The notes under the pieces were generated by a model. That model was not told where the DNA came from and did not search any database. It saw only the letters and a list, made by a program, of their open reading frames with translations. DNA of 63,698 bases, filler included, from Phoronis australis (lineage: Eukaryota; Animalia; Phoronida): NCBI GenBank assembly GCA_002633005.1. It is 8 parts of 8 records of this genome, joined end to end, with 100 filler letters (N's around TTAATTAATTAA, not from the genome) between each part and the next. Parts side by side here need not be neighbours in the genome. Positions count along the whole stretch, not along the records: positions 1 to 28,125 come from NMRA01001306.1; positions 28,226 to 31,607 come from NMRA01003053.1; positions 31,708 to 34,587 come from NMRA01003347.1; positions 34,688 to 38,051 come from NMRA01003066.1; 4 more parts are not named here. One strand, given 5' to 3'. The first letter of the stretch is position 1. The number at the start of each line of letters is the position of its first letter. This document shows positions 25,808-37,512 of the stretch, in pieces. Made by a program: the position numbers and the translations under genes.

Positions 25808-28125
25808 TTTTACATATATTTCCACATATATAAATTTCATTTTGTAAAGAAATTGGGAGAACTTTTACTTATTTTCTACAACTTCTTTATTTTGTATCTT
25901 AAGCGTTGCCAACCAGGCACTGTTAAATATTGTATCCAGTTTAATGTTTTACTATGTTGTGAACAAAACCATCTGTTTATTATTTCGGATATCGACTTTA
26001 AACTCCGAGCACATAACATTCAAAACTTCATCGTCACAGCTCTGTAAATTGTAATAGCCCAATTTCATTTGATCATCTTCATATCCAACATGGGACTATT
26101 GGCGCTAGTTGAACTCACATCTTCCCCGTCACCATATACCTTCCCGTAGCAGGTCCATCAACAAATGTGTCCTCTGCTCTCCATAAGGTCATGACGCGGT
26201 GGGTTGAGTTCAGCTAGTGCCATCTGTCGCGTTGAATTCAAAACTCCATTTGATTTGCAATACAATCATGATACAGTGAATTTCATGTAACTGTTTTTTG
26301 TTCACAACACTTATAAGCCTACCGCCTCCTGTTCATTTTGTGAGTCTCAGCATTTTTTCTGTCACTTTAAAGACATAATTTCGTTACTTTTTGTTTTTGT
26401 ACATAGGACCCGGTTGCATAAAATATATAACGATGACGCCACAACCTCACCCGTCACGTTACCACTGCAGCACAATGCATCTCATATCATGCACCAATCG
26501 AAGCTATCCAGCTGTTTTATGCAACAAGGCCTAGTTGTATACATTTTGCTTTATTGATATATGTTCCAAAATTAGGTTTTGTACAGTTTCAATTTCCTAT
26601 TTCATTGTTTTAAATAAAGTCTCCCTTTAAAAACTCACTTTGTGTTATTTCATTTATTACACTCTATTGGGCGATTTCCACCACGCAAACTTAAGTGCAG
26701 AGAAATCCCGTGATAAAATACAATAAGTACGGTATGACTTTTACAAATAAAATGTAAGTCGTAAATGATCATATTTTCCACTGCCTGCTGTTGCTGTGGC
26801 TCGATACCTAGTTGGATTTGAGCTACTAAAACTTTGACCGTGACACATTGCTTGACCAGTATATTATTCCTTACCCAACTAAATTGTGCACCAATCCGTA
26901 TTTGCATTGTAAACAATAATCGCAATTTTGACACGGAAAAAGTGATTTACGCTCCTAAGGTAACACTTCTTCTGCACTCCGTTTTGGGCATATGATGTAT
27001 TAGAGTTACCGAAAATAACGTAAAAATGGGTGATTAGGCAAGATCTAACGATAGATAGTTCTCGATTTTGGCCACATTAACACGAGAAAACAAATAATTA
27101 GAGCTTTTGCAAAGATGTCATATACATCAAAGCACATCTTTATTACAAGAGCTTTTCGTTATATCACCAGTGGGATACGGTTAATATGGACAGTGCGCTT
27201 GATTTTCGTAACTGATAAATATAGATTATTAAATGGCGAAGTCGTTATCCCACGTTATCCAGAGCCCGAGTGGATTTTGGAGAATTACCGCCCGAGTGGG
27301 GGTTCGGAGGGCTCGAACGAGCACCCCCCCCGCCCCCTCCCTCGTCCATTTGGCGAAGTGGGCAAAAAGTTCCGCCTCAGAGAAAAAAAAGTCCGAAAAA
27401 ACGAGACATAAGTCCACTAAAAAAGATGCAGACGCACAGTTCATAGTTCTGAAGGGTGGTACCCCGTTTTTTAGTCCTCCGGTTTTTTGTCAGCAAAAGA
27501 TCCACATCGACAGAAATTGGAGCCTCCCTCCCCATTTTCAAGGCTGGGTGCGCGCATGTTAACTACAATTCCAAGAAAAGGAAAAGGGGAACATTGAGTC
27601 CATCATCAGGGCTTTTCTTGATTTCATGACCATTAAAGACCCTGAGAGAGCAGGACACATATACATGAAAGAAAATTAATTAACAACAGTCGATTTCATG
27701 GGCAGGCCCCTCATAACATGAAAGGAAGTATCCATTCGTTTCAAAAACAAATATAAAGCTGTACTGTTACCCCAACGGCCTCCTCCGAAAGGGTGCCCGA
27801 CAGTAATTCAAAGATTTACAATCAACACAAATAAAACGCGGAATCCAACAACTTTGCTTTCCGCTAACTTGTCCTTGAATTTGAAATTCTGAATAAATTT
27901 GAGCTGGAAAGTTCCATTTCAAATTTCTTAGATTTGGAAGTAAGTTATAAGTATACTAGGCAGTATACATGCTGCAATTAGATTCTCCTGACAAAAGAGG
28001 CTCCATGGCCACCAAACCAGGCACCGAGCAGAATGGCTAGTTCCTATTTTCACTGTGATATATATTTATTGAAGGATACACAGAACATACAAAGAAATAA
28101 TAACAAACCCAGAAACCGCGAAGCA

Positions 28126-28225
28126 NNNNNNNNNNNNNNNNNNNNNNNNNNNNNNNNNNNNNNNNNNNNTTAATTAATTAANNNNNNNNNNNNNNNNNNN
28201 NNNNNNNNNNNNNNNNNNNNNNNNN
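28126..28225. other. Assembly spacer N44-TTAATTAATTAA-N44 (also 31608-31707, 34588-34687, 38052-38151, 49214-49313, 59375-59474, 61934-62033; plain N20 at 30631-30650)
   Basis: Identical 100-nt linker that places stops in all six frames. Confidence 0.97.
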
Positions 28226-28800
28226 TTTCTGCCGTCAGATTACGAGAGGGATATGTACGCTGAAGTGATAAAGGTCACTGCGAAACAACGCCTGAAGAAG
28301 GGTGCGATACCGTAGCTTTTCATTTCCGGCAGTGCTCCGTCGCCACCCCCGAGAAGTGCGTTTTTGAAGTGAGAAGTGCGTTTTTGAAGCGAGAAGCCTC
28401 ACGATCTATGGCCACTACAGTGACTGGAGGCACTTCATCTACTGTCACCCGTGCCTCCGAAGGTACAGAGCGTGCAATTCTTGGAGTAGCAGTGATTCGC
28501 CCTGTGCTGTTGTTTCTAACAGAGCCTGTGAGCAGCTCTGCAGCGATGTTGAGTTGTGGGAGTGAATACAGGCCCAGTTCGACACCCAGTGAAGAGGACA
28601 GTTCGTCCTCCAACGAACAGATCGGTGACCCAAACTTTGATACGTTTGTTGTTTACTTGCCTAAAGTATTGGAGCTATTTAAAAAGTGTCATGCAGGTGT
28701 GTGGCGAGGGAGTCACACTGTGGGATGTAAGCATTTTGGGTGCTCAGGTCACCATCCAATGGGAGTGTGTTGCGGGACACTGGGGCAAGTGGCGGGGACA
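28226..28800 (+). mobile_element. Kolobok-type THAP-transposase relic
   Basis: FLPSDYERD..RLKKGAIP*LF (THAP C-terminus), then FVVYLPKVLELFKKC and, after a frameshift, GAQVTIQWECVAGHWGKWRGQ. Confidence 0.65.
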
Positions 28801-31800
28801 GTTGTGCTTGTGCATACTCTGCCTCATTATACTCGGGCGCAAAGTAACCCACCTACTGACTGTCCGTGAAAAAATTCCTCGTCACCACTGCTATGTGAAC
28901 AATGTCTCCGTTACTCACGTCACTACTGTCAATGTGATATGGGTCGCCGACTACAGTCATTTTCAGATTAATACAAACTCTAAAGAATCCCTAAATCCAA
29001 CATAATTGGGTTCTCTAACAACCTAGTTTGCCGTTGAAATAAAGAATAATAGAAATATTGGATATTATGGTGTGGAAAATGCAGCAACGCTGTCTATTGT
29101 ATTTTGAATGACAGATCGGATCGTCTGCTCACTTAGGGTGGACACATAGCGATGAAAACAACTTTGATGTATTTTTCACAAAAATTGTAAGCGATCAATG
29201 CGGGATGAGACAAATTGTGCAAATTGTTCTTTCTACTGTCGATCCAGAATGAGGTGTGGAAATTCAACGCACAAGACTGGACTAGTCCTGAGAAGGTCCG
29301 AACATTTCGTGGCATTTAGACTCTTTTGATAAACCGAAGCCACAGTAGTAATTTCTAATAGGCCCAATGGAATAAAAAAATCTACATGACCCGTCACAGA
29401 ATTGGCTTAAATTTCACCTTTGGATTCATATCCACCTCAAATGACACCAACCACAATAATACACTTCTTGACCTCTCCGTCTGTTTTAAACCCCCCTGAA
29501 ATTTTTACTTGAAACATGGAAATATTTCAGCTTTATAATTTGCACGTTATTTGTAATATTCTAAAACACTACATATTCATTTCACTTCTCTCGCTGAGGC
29601 TGACATTATTGAGTACTCACTTTATTCATAGGGTCCGGTTCTGAGTAAGTTCACACTATTAGGGTCATGATTTGAAGAAGTGCACTTTGAAAGGGTAGGT
29701 TTTAGGGCTGGAGCATCACAGTTTTTTCAAATTTGCTTGTTGAAACACACGCACCCAAGTTTCTGGTGACAACTGCATTACAAGAACGAAAAACAGGGTG
29801 GGGTAGATACAGGCTAGAGTGATATCCTCTGACAAAACTAACAAAGAGGTAAATAGATAAAGAGCTAATATTGAGTATTAATATGTACAATAAGAATGCT
29901 ATTGAGACCTGCAACTTGCATACGGTAAAGTCGCGTGATTTTCGGACGGCCCGCCATTTTCGACCAAGAATAAATATTTCCGAAATGAGTTTTTCATAGT
30001 CCACGAAATTCGTACAAGGTCCAAAAACTGTTTTTTAATGATCTTCCAACTTCGGACAATGTCATAAACGTCGGATTTTTGCCCCGCGACTTTCGGACAT
30101 GGAAAATTTTAGAAACGCTAATTTGGGATCGACGCAACTCCCGTGTCACTAAAGCGTTCAACGGATGATTACTACTCTATAAGGCTTGAATCTGAGAATT
30201 GGTGTAACGGGCTTTTTAATTTTTACCTTGTCTTGACGATGTCATGACCGTTACTCGATTGTCTTGCGTTTAGCTTGAGTTTGGTGCTTTAGCTATGAAA
30301 AAAGTCACCGAGTCTCGCATGACGAAAATTTCTGATGAAAATACAAATGGGAAATACACGGAAGGCTGCAGTTTTTCGTTGTAGCGTAACATGTGCTCTG
30401 GTTTAATTAGACCGTGTTGTTCAACTTCCGACTGTGACATTGAACTTGCACGCCTCAACTTGCGTGTTTACGAAGCGTTTTTATTTTTAAAACGTCCTGG
30501 CCTTTGCAAATGCCCTTGTTAGTGGCTAAAATCTCCCGACGACGTGTCTGGATTTTATTCTTGACGTGATGAGAAATATTTTTTGTTTAGGCCCCCATAC
30601 ACAATAGGTCACAGCTAAGTATGTCCGTAGNNNNNNNNNNNNNNNNNNNNGTCTGTATCGCATTTAGTTTTTACAACTAAATTGTATGGTGTTTAGATGC
30701 AACAGTGAGAATCAGTGACCCATAGAGGCTATGGAAGAGTTCTCTGAACACACTGTGTTGACTTTATTACAAGAATTGTATGCGAATTACTAAACTTTAC
30801 AAGTACCTGATTTTACGAGTATAACAAACTTATCTGAAATTGAGCAGAAGGAAAGTTGGAAGAGTTTTTGCTGATAATTAGAGTAATTGTTATATCAAAA
30901 GTGTTTCATCTTATGTTCTTTTGTAGTGATTTTCATAAATAAATATCTTGATAAATATTGGACATTTGCTACTGTCAGCTCCCAGTGTTGCAAAATTGCA
31001 ATATTGCACAAAACGAGGTCATTGAGTGCAATTTTTCTTTTAATGTTTTTTTCATCATCTAGTGACCTAACTTCAAGTGTTTTTGAGCTCAAACAATTTT
31101 TTAAGTACATTTTTGAACATCTGGGCCTTCTGGGGTTAAGATGAATCCCGACAAGGACACCAGGACCTTGTGGCACTCTCTGTCTGCGGCGACTAAGAAA
31201 ATCCTCCGCCAATCATTTCGAAAAATGACTAGTCAGTTGAATCAGATTTGGTAGTCGTTGCTTCTTGTGGTCCCAGGGCTAGGCTAACAAGAATACAGGA
31301 CCTGGAGTCCGATGCAACGGGCCTGGAACCTGATAGGTGTTTCCGACCGGAGTTCCATATCTACTTTCCACAGGACCTTGTCTTCATGTCTATGTTACCG
31401 CCTTCAGATGATAGTTTTGAGACAAAAACAGAAACGTGATCTTAAACTACAGACCATGTTTTTTGTGTTACTTAATATAGTTTTAGAGGCATTTCAGTTG
31501 TAAGTGTGTTTAATTGTGTTGACTGTTACAATGCTAATTATTATTGTTCTATTTTTACCCGAGGTGATGCCTTACTTGCAGCAAGGGTAAATAATTTTGG
31601 GAAGTATNNNNNNNNNNNNNNNNNNNNNNNNNNNNNNNNNNNNNNNNNNNNTTAATTAATTAANNNNNNNNNNNNNNNNNNNNNNNNNNNNNNNNNNNNN
31701 NNNNNNNTTTAGAGAAGCCTATAGTAGGCGTACATAAGGATTTTTTCCGCAGAAAGTACGCCATGTGCGTTCATGTGGAAAATGCATTTTTGAAACTTGA

Positions 31801-33639
31801 AACTGTCATTGGAAATGAACACAATATGAAAACAGTAACTGATGTAAATTTTAGCAATTAAGTCCTAACTGTGGCGACAGCTTATACGTCGACAATGCCT
31901 TATTGACACACCCGTCGGAGCGTAAATTAGTCTCTTCCAAATATACGCCTGGGCGTTTATTTATTTTTTTACTTTTGGTCGCTGGCTTTATTTGTATTCA
32001 TGCGCATGTTTGGAATGCGTTCCTGATGTCTGCAGGCTCCAGGGATTACTTGTGTTGTGTTATAATGCATTTAAGCCTTGTACATGTACATGCAGTACCG
32101 CTATAAACCAAAACCACTGTCACTTTCCAAATTTTTAAACAGAGGTGGGGCTGACTGGGTGACACCATGGGTAGGTGTGGGATGACACCAAGAATCTTCG
32201 CCCTGGGTGTCACTCACGCCAGGTACGCTACTTTACAAAGCATTATTTTGTTTCAGAGAAATTGGATTTTAACAGTGTTAGTGGACCAAAACCCGGTTTG
32301 GCACCGTTTTAGGGGCTCAGCCTAGGTGAAGGCGGTCAAAAAGCTAGGTCCTCAATACTAATATAGGGGGTTCCCGCTCTTCGGTCGCTATTGAGCGAGC
32401 CACCTAAATTAATAAAGAGGCTCCACTCTTCGGCTGTCTTTAGGCAGGCTCTCTGTATTTTTGAGGGGCTCCGTGCACTTCGATCGAGGCCAGCTGAAAC
32501 TGAATTGTTGCTGGTGTTAAGTAGGCTTCAGTGAATGCGTGTTTACGTGCCTGGAACTCTATTCGCACCGACTGAGTGGTCGCCGTGTTGGCCATTTATG
32601 TGGTCAGAGATGTTCAATCCAGTCGATGTGCATATACCGTACAATGACCCGGTTGAACACAACTTACAACTGACGCTGAACTAGACATGAAAAAAATCCT
32701 ACGTTCACACCCTAAGCGGTCGAGATTAGAGAAGTTTGCGCCACCACCGACTTTCCGGTTCAGAACAAAGACGTCATGCTGTTGTGGTTAATTTTGAAAA
32801 TCGTCTCAGAGCTGCAGGTGTAATGGTTTTGAGACCATCATAAACTCGTTGGCAGCGACAATAGAGTTTTAACTTTTCATTTTGAAAGTTTCTAAATAGC
32901 ATATTTGAATGGGCGGTTCGTGAATTTAAATCACACGTGATTAGGTTTTCGAATTTTGAAAATTGGACAAGGAATGTGACTTTTCAACCTAAAACGCTTG
33001 TTTAATGCTGCAGTAATGCGATCCTCATGGATGTGTGTGCAACATACCTGGGCCAGCAGACGGCAAAGGCAGCAAAAATGGATTTTGAGCCTAGGTAAGC
33101 CAAGTCATCTTAAACAATTCGTGGTACTCAACACTCGAACAAAAGACTGACGAGCGAAGATGAAACCGTGCACACATTAATTTAACCGGTCTTGCCGTAG
33201 CCGACCTATCGACACTCATTCGTCGATCCGACGCGGGATCTAAGGGATGAATGAAAACGTTCTGTGTAAGTAAAATGAGACGGGGAACCATTTGACTCTC
33301 ATTTCCACGACAACTTTGGGCCTGCCACACTACGTACATGGGCAGCCCTTCACCACGTTACATATTGGTGGGACTGCGTTGCTGGTTTGTGACGCCATGA
33401 CGTGTAGCGCCTTCTGCCAAAATGGGAATCGAACAGTCGAAGTCGCTCTTGTCGGGATTTGCTGAACGATGAGTAAATTTGGTATCGTCACGAGTTGTTG
33501 GCATTTACTCCGACTAAAGGCCATCATGAAGCTATATTGTTTCTCCATTTTTTCGGATGTCTTCGGGGTAAAAAAACTAACTATTGATACTGAGCAAAAT
33601 CAAAAAAGGTAGTGAAACAAGTTGCATGTCTGTTTGCAG

Positions 33640-33715
33640 GTCGCAAGCAAGAGATCATTGATGTCACTGAACAATTACTGGACTACATTTCTAACGGGAA
33701 CTACGATGGCTACCT
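33640..33715 (+). CDS. CAMK2: Single internal exon of a CaMKII-like association (hub) domain
   Basis: gtttgcag|GT CGC AAG CAA...TAC CT|gtaagt, 76 nt, encoding RKQEIIDVTEQLLDYISNGNYDGY (cf. CaMKII [24 protein letters not shown]). Confidence 0.75.
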
Positions 33716-34513
33716 GTAAGTACTAACATGCAGCTTCATAAATCATAAATGTCAATTATCAAAATGTATAAACCGTGTCACAGTTTTTGCCATTACGGCA
33801 CTCACACCGTCCTCGTGCACTCATTAACGGCAATTCCAGCCGGTCAGTGGTGGCAGCACTGCACCAAGCTGAGTACAGCTACTACTATTGTTGCAGGTCA
33901 CTATCACACCAACGCTCGAAAAGATTTAGGTCAAGTTTTGTGGCGTTTAATTTTTTGTGGACTAAGACCACTAGACCAGTGGCTGATCATTGATCGACCT
34001 TATCTCTGGCGTGGGTCAAATAGTCCTTGTGTGCGCAGCTGTCTCGGGTACCTGAACAGTGTTCGACCTTCAGCAAATAAAGGTGCTGGCCCTTCGGGCC
34101 AGATACTTGAATATGAGACCACATCCACATGGGCCTGTAGGCCTACTTATGTGAAAGTTTACTGGCCCGGTCGCAATACACTGGTCCCGGGCCACCGCGT
34201 CAGCGGTTTATTTCTGAAAAGGGCATAGCAACTGACAGAAAGTACACTAGTATGGGTTTTCTGTTGACGAAGGATGTTGTTATATCCGAAAATTTCAGTT
34301 GATCCATTCCTGTTGTTTTATTTACCTCAGTCTATATATTTCGGTGAAACAATAGTATCCTTTAGAGGATCTTGATCGCCTTATTTAGTTTCAGATTTAT
34401 TTTCTACGTTATCAAAAATGAAGAAATTCAACAAAACCACGTATTTTTACCGTGCTACATCTTTCGTGAAAAAAATTCGAGATGCCAAAAATGTGGCCTT
34501 ATACTTATCGAGG

Positions 34514-34587
34514 GCGGAGGAGGCAGTGTGGCCTAGTGTGATGGTGCCCGCCTTCTTTACTCGAGGTCGGGGCTTTGAGTCGCACTG
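34514..34587 (+). mobile_element. Possible tRNA-derived SINE head, truncated by a gap
   Basis: A-box-like tggcctagtg and degenerate B-box gctttgagtcgc. Confidence 0.35.
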
Positions 34588-35340
34588 NNNNNNNNNNNNN
34601 NNNNNNNNNNNNNNNNNNNNNNNNNNNNNNNTTAATTAATTAANNNNNNNNNNNNNNNNNNNNNNNNNNNNNNNNNNNNNNNNNNNNAGAAGCTATCTCC
34701 TTGAACATTGTTTATATGCAAGTACATAAAATGTAATTGGTGACAAGGGTGAAATCTCACATTAGTAGTGCTAGCTTGATAACAGTAGATAGCCTTGACA
34801 GGCTGACAGACAAACTATTAAATAATCACATTAGGCATCTGCTAATTAACATAACTAACTAGCAGTTGATAGAATTCATTAATCTCATTATTGTAACATG
34901 ATAGCCGAGTCATGTTTCTATTGCTGTGGAACACTTTACTTATAACATTATTGTCGTTGGAAATCACTAATGTTTGTGATCGTTTGGTTGTCTTGATAGA
35001 CTTAATACATACTGTAGACTTGCACAAGGGCCCTATATTACAGTTATAACAGTGGCCAACTCCACAGGCAAAACTACTACTCTCAGTTCATTAAAATACT
35101 TGAATAGACAAAGTAGTACAGATTATGTGCCTCTGAGTGTTATTTCAAACTTTTTTAAAAGTCCAAAAAGTCCATTAATTTTATACTGTAAGCAGTGCAC
35201 ATGCACTTAAACATTTGAAAGGTCATTACAACAAAATAATCACCAACGTTTTACAGAAGTGTTTTGTGCATATTTTAGATACTTTGCCAACTGTTGTTAA
35301 TTTTGATGGGAAATAGATAGTAAATTTACCAGCAGTACAG

Positions 35341-35536
35341 GCCTACAGCCGAGTCAACTGCAGTACAGGCCTACAGGCAAGTCAACTGCAGTACAGGCCT
35401 ACAGCCAAGTCAACTGCAGTACAGGCCTACAGCCAAGTCAACTGCAGTACAGGCCTACAGCCGAGTCAACTGCAGTACAGGCCTACAGCCGAGTCAACTG
35501 CAGTACAAGCCTACAGCCGAGTCAACTGCAGTACAG
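35341..35536. repeat. 28-bp minisatellite, 7 copies
   Basis: Unit gcctacagcc(g/a)agtcaactgcagtacag at 35341, 35369, 35397, 35425, 35453, 35481 and 35509. Confidence 0.95.
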
Positions 35537-35631
35537 GCCCAAAGTCAAGTAAAGGTAGCAATGACCAAAGAACTCATTATTATCAGTTGTACAGTAACTG
35601 TTGTATGTATTAGTACTATTAACCACACACG

Positions 35632-35925
35632 TCATATCTGCGCAGTCTCACTATTTGGATTTCTAAATTCCATACTAAAAATGTCCGACGTCCTTAACAT
35701 TGAGTTTGGATAAACAGCAAAAGGTGTCACTAGCTGATCCATCAGCAGATGCTGTCCGTGGATATCAGATCCTTTATACACACCTCGCACGGTAGTATCA
35801 TCAAACATAGTCACAGTGACTGACCTATCGACCAATGAACTTAAGACACGTAGGTAGCGTTCTCGCAGGAATGTTCTTTGATCCTGATGGGTTGTATTAT
35901 TTTCATGTGATTTTTTCTCCTCCAT
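35632..35925 (-). CDS. GEMIN7: Gemin7 (SMN complex Sm-fold protein), copy 1, 97 aa
   Basis: QRTFLRERYLRVLSSL..SDI..QLVTPFAVYPNSMLRTSDI matches Gemin7 (LRERYLRSL..SQLQTPIGVQAEALLRCSDI). A splice acceptor lies 8 nt upstream of the ATG. Confidence 0.85.
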   Translation of the reverse strand: MEEKKSHENNTTHQDQRTFLRERYLRVLSSLVDRSVTVTMFDDTTVRGVYKGSDIHGQHLLMDQLVTPFAVYPNSMLRTSDIFSMEFRNPNSETAQI

Positions 35926-36983
35926 GTTTACATCTGAAATATAAAATCGGAATAAATCCACTTTACTAAATCTACCACTACCGTCAAAAGGCAGACAGTG
36001 GAAACCCACGGCTCTGTCCCACCTCTCCAGTTTCTAATAGAAATCACTGTTGGCATGCAAGTGAATTTTTAATTCAAATTTCTGTTATTGTTCACTAATA
36101 TTACAGCATGCAAAATTTAGCATGGAAACATAAAGCACATCACCCGATGCCAGAACTGCGATTACCTCTTTCACTTTTGCGTCTTAAATAAGATGTGACT
36201 TTGGCTTTAAGAAAATGTGGCTGTCTGTTTCAACGATGATTTTTAGCATGTGGCCAAGTAAACTGCAATGGTATTAGAATTACATTTAACTTAATGGCAT
36301 GAGTAAAGGATCAACGAACATGTCGAGGACACCATTTATTGACAGGTAAGTTTGAACTTATGAGATCTATCAGAGTGGTTTTCAGCTTAATTTCTCTCAA
36401 AAGTTAGTGCAGATTCTGCAATAACTATCGGTCGGTAAAAATACATGTGAGTGCTATGAGTCTAGTATGACCAAACTAGGGTAATGAATCAGTTATACAG
36501 CAGAGTACCCCTCATGAGAAACGATATCATAAATCCAGCTACCTTAACATAGCCCATAACGGCATAATGCACGTGTGTGGCAGCCCAGTGTTGCAAGTGA
36601 ATATAATCATACCAAGTACTTAGCAAATACCCAGTCACTCCAGGGCAGTAGCTTTTAAAGGTCAGTAAAACTGGAGTACACCTAAATAAACACCATACCA
36701 TCGTCAGAACTGGGCCATGGCTACTGGATATAACCTTGATGAAAAAAGCAGTATGCCTAATCTAGTCTTTTAAGACTTGAAAAGTGGAATGTCTTTGGAT
36801 GGTGGGTCATTTTCATAAACAGAATTTTGTGTGTATGGTTACGTTAATGACAATGTACTACACACCCCTGGTACTTTGTGGTTAATCATGCACTTGTTGT
36901 TTTCGGTATGTCAACTACACTGTCTGGTGCTGTGCCTGCTGTGGTAGTGAGTGTGGTGACCGGGGCACTGCCACTGGCACTGA

Positions 36984-37123
36984 GCCTACAGCCGAGTCAA
37001 CTGCAGTACAAGCCTACAGCCGAGTCAACTGCAGTACAAGCCTACAGCCGAGTCAACTGCAGTACAGGCCTACAACCAAGTCAACTGCAGTACAGGCCTA
37101 CAGCCACGTCAACTGCAGTACAG
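36984..37123. repeat. 28-bp minisatellite, 5 copies
   Basis: Same unit as 35341-35536. Confidence 0.95.
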
Positions 37124-37218
37124 GCCCAAAGTCAAGTAAAGGTAGCAATGACCAAAGAACTCATTATTTTCAGTTGTACAGTAACTGTTGTATGTATTAG
37201 TACTATTAACCACACACG

Positions 37219-37512
37219 TCATATCTGCGCTGTCTCACTATTTGGATTTCTAAATTCCATACTAAAAATGTCCGACGTCCTTAACATTGAGTTTGGATAA
37301 ACAGCAAAAGGTGTCACTAGCTGATCCATCAGCAAATGCTGTCCGTGGATATCAGATCCTTTATACACGCCTTGCACGGTAGTGTCATCAAACATAGTCA
37401 CAGTGACTGACCTATCGACCAATGAACTCAAGGCACGTAGGTAGCGTTCTCGCAGGAATGTCCTTTGCTCCTGATGGGTTGTATTATTTTCATGTGATTT
37501 TTTCTCCTCCAT
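37219..37512 (-). CDS. GEMIN7: Gemin7, copy 2, 97 aa
   Basis: Near-identical to copy 1 (D/E, V/A and R/Q differences). Part of a duplication 35397-36464 vs 36984-38051, offset 1587 bp. Confidence 0.85.
   Translation of the reverse strand: MEEKKSHENNTTHQEQRTFLRERYLRALSSLVDRSVTVTMFDDTTVQGVYKGSDIHGQHLLMDQLVTPFAVYPNSMLRTSDIFSMEFRNPNSETAQI

Noticed and set aside
28170-28181. Recurrent TTAATTAATTAA as a biological motif
   Set aside because: Always centred in N runs; it is an assembly linker.
35341-37123. 28-bp repeats as a CRISPR array
   Set aside because: Units are head-to-tail with no unique spacers, the context is eukaryotic, and no cas genes are present.
36878-37300. 140-aa plus-strand ORF with LQPSQLQY repeats
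   Set aside because: Produced by the minisatellite and overlaps Gemin7 antisense.
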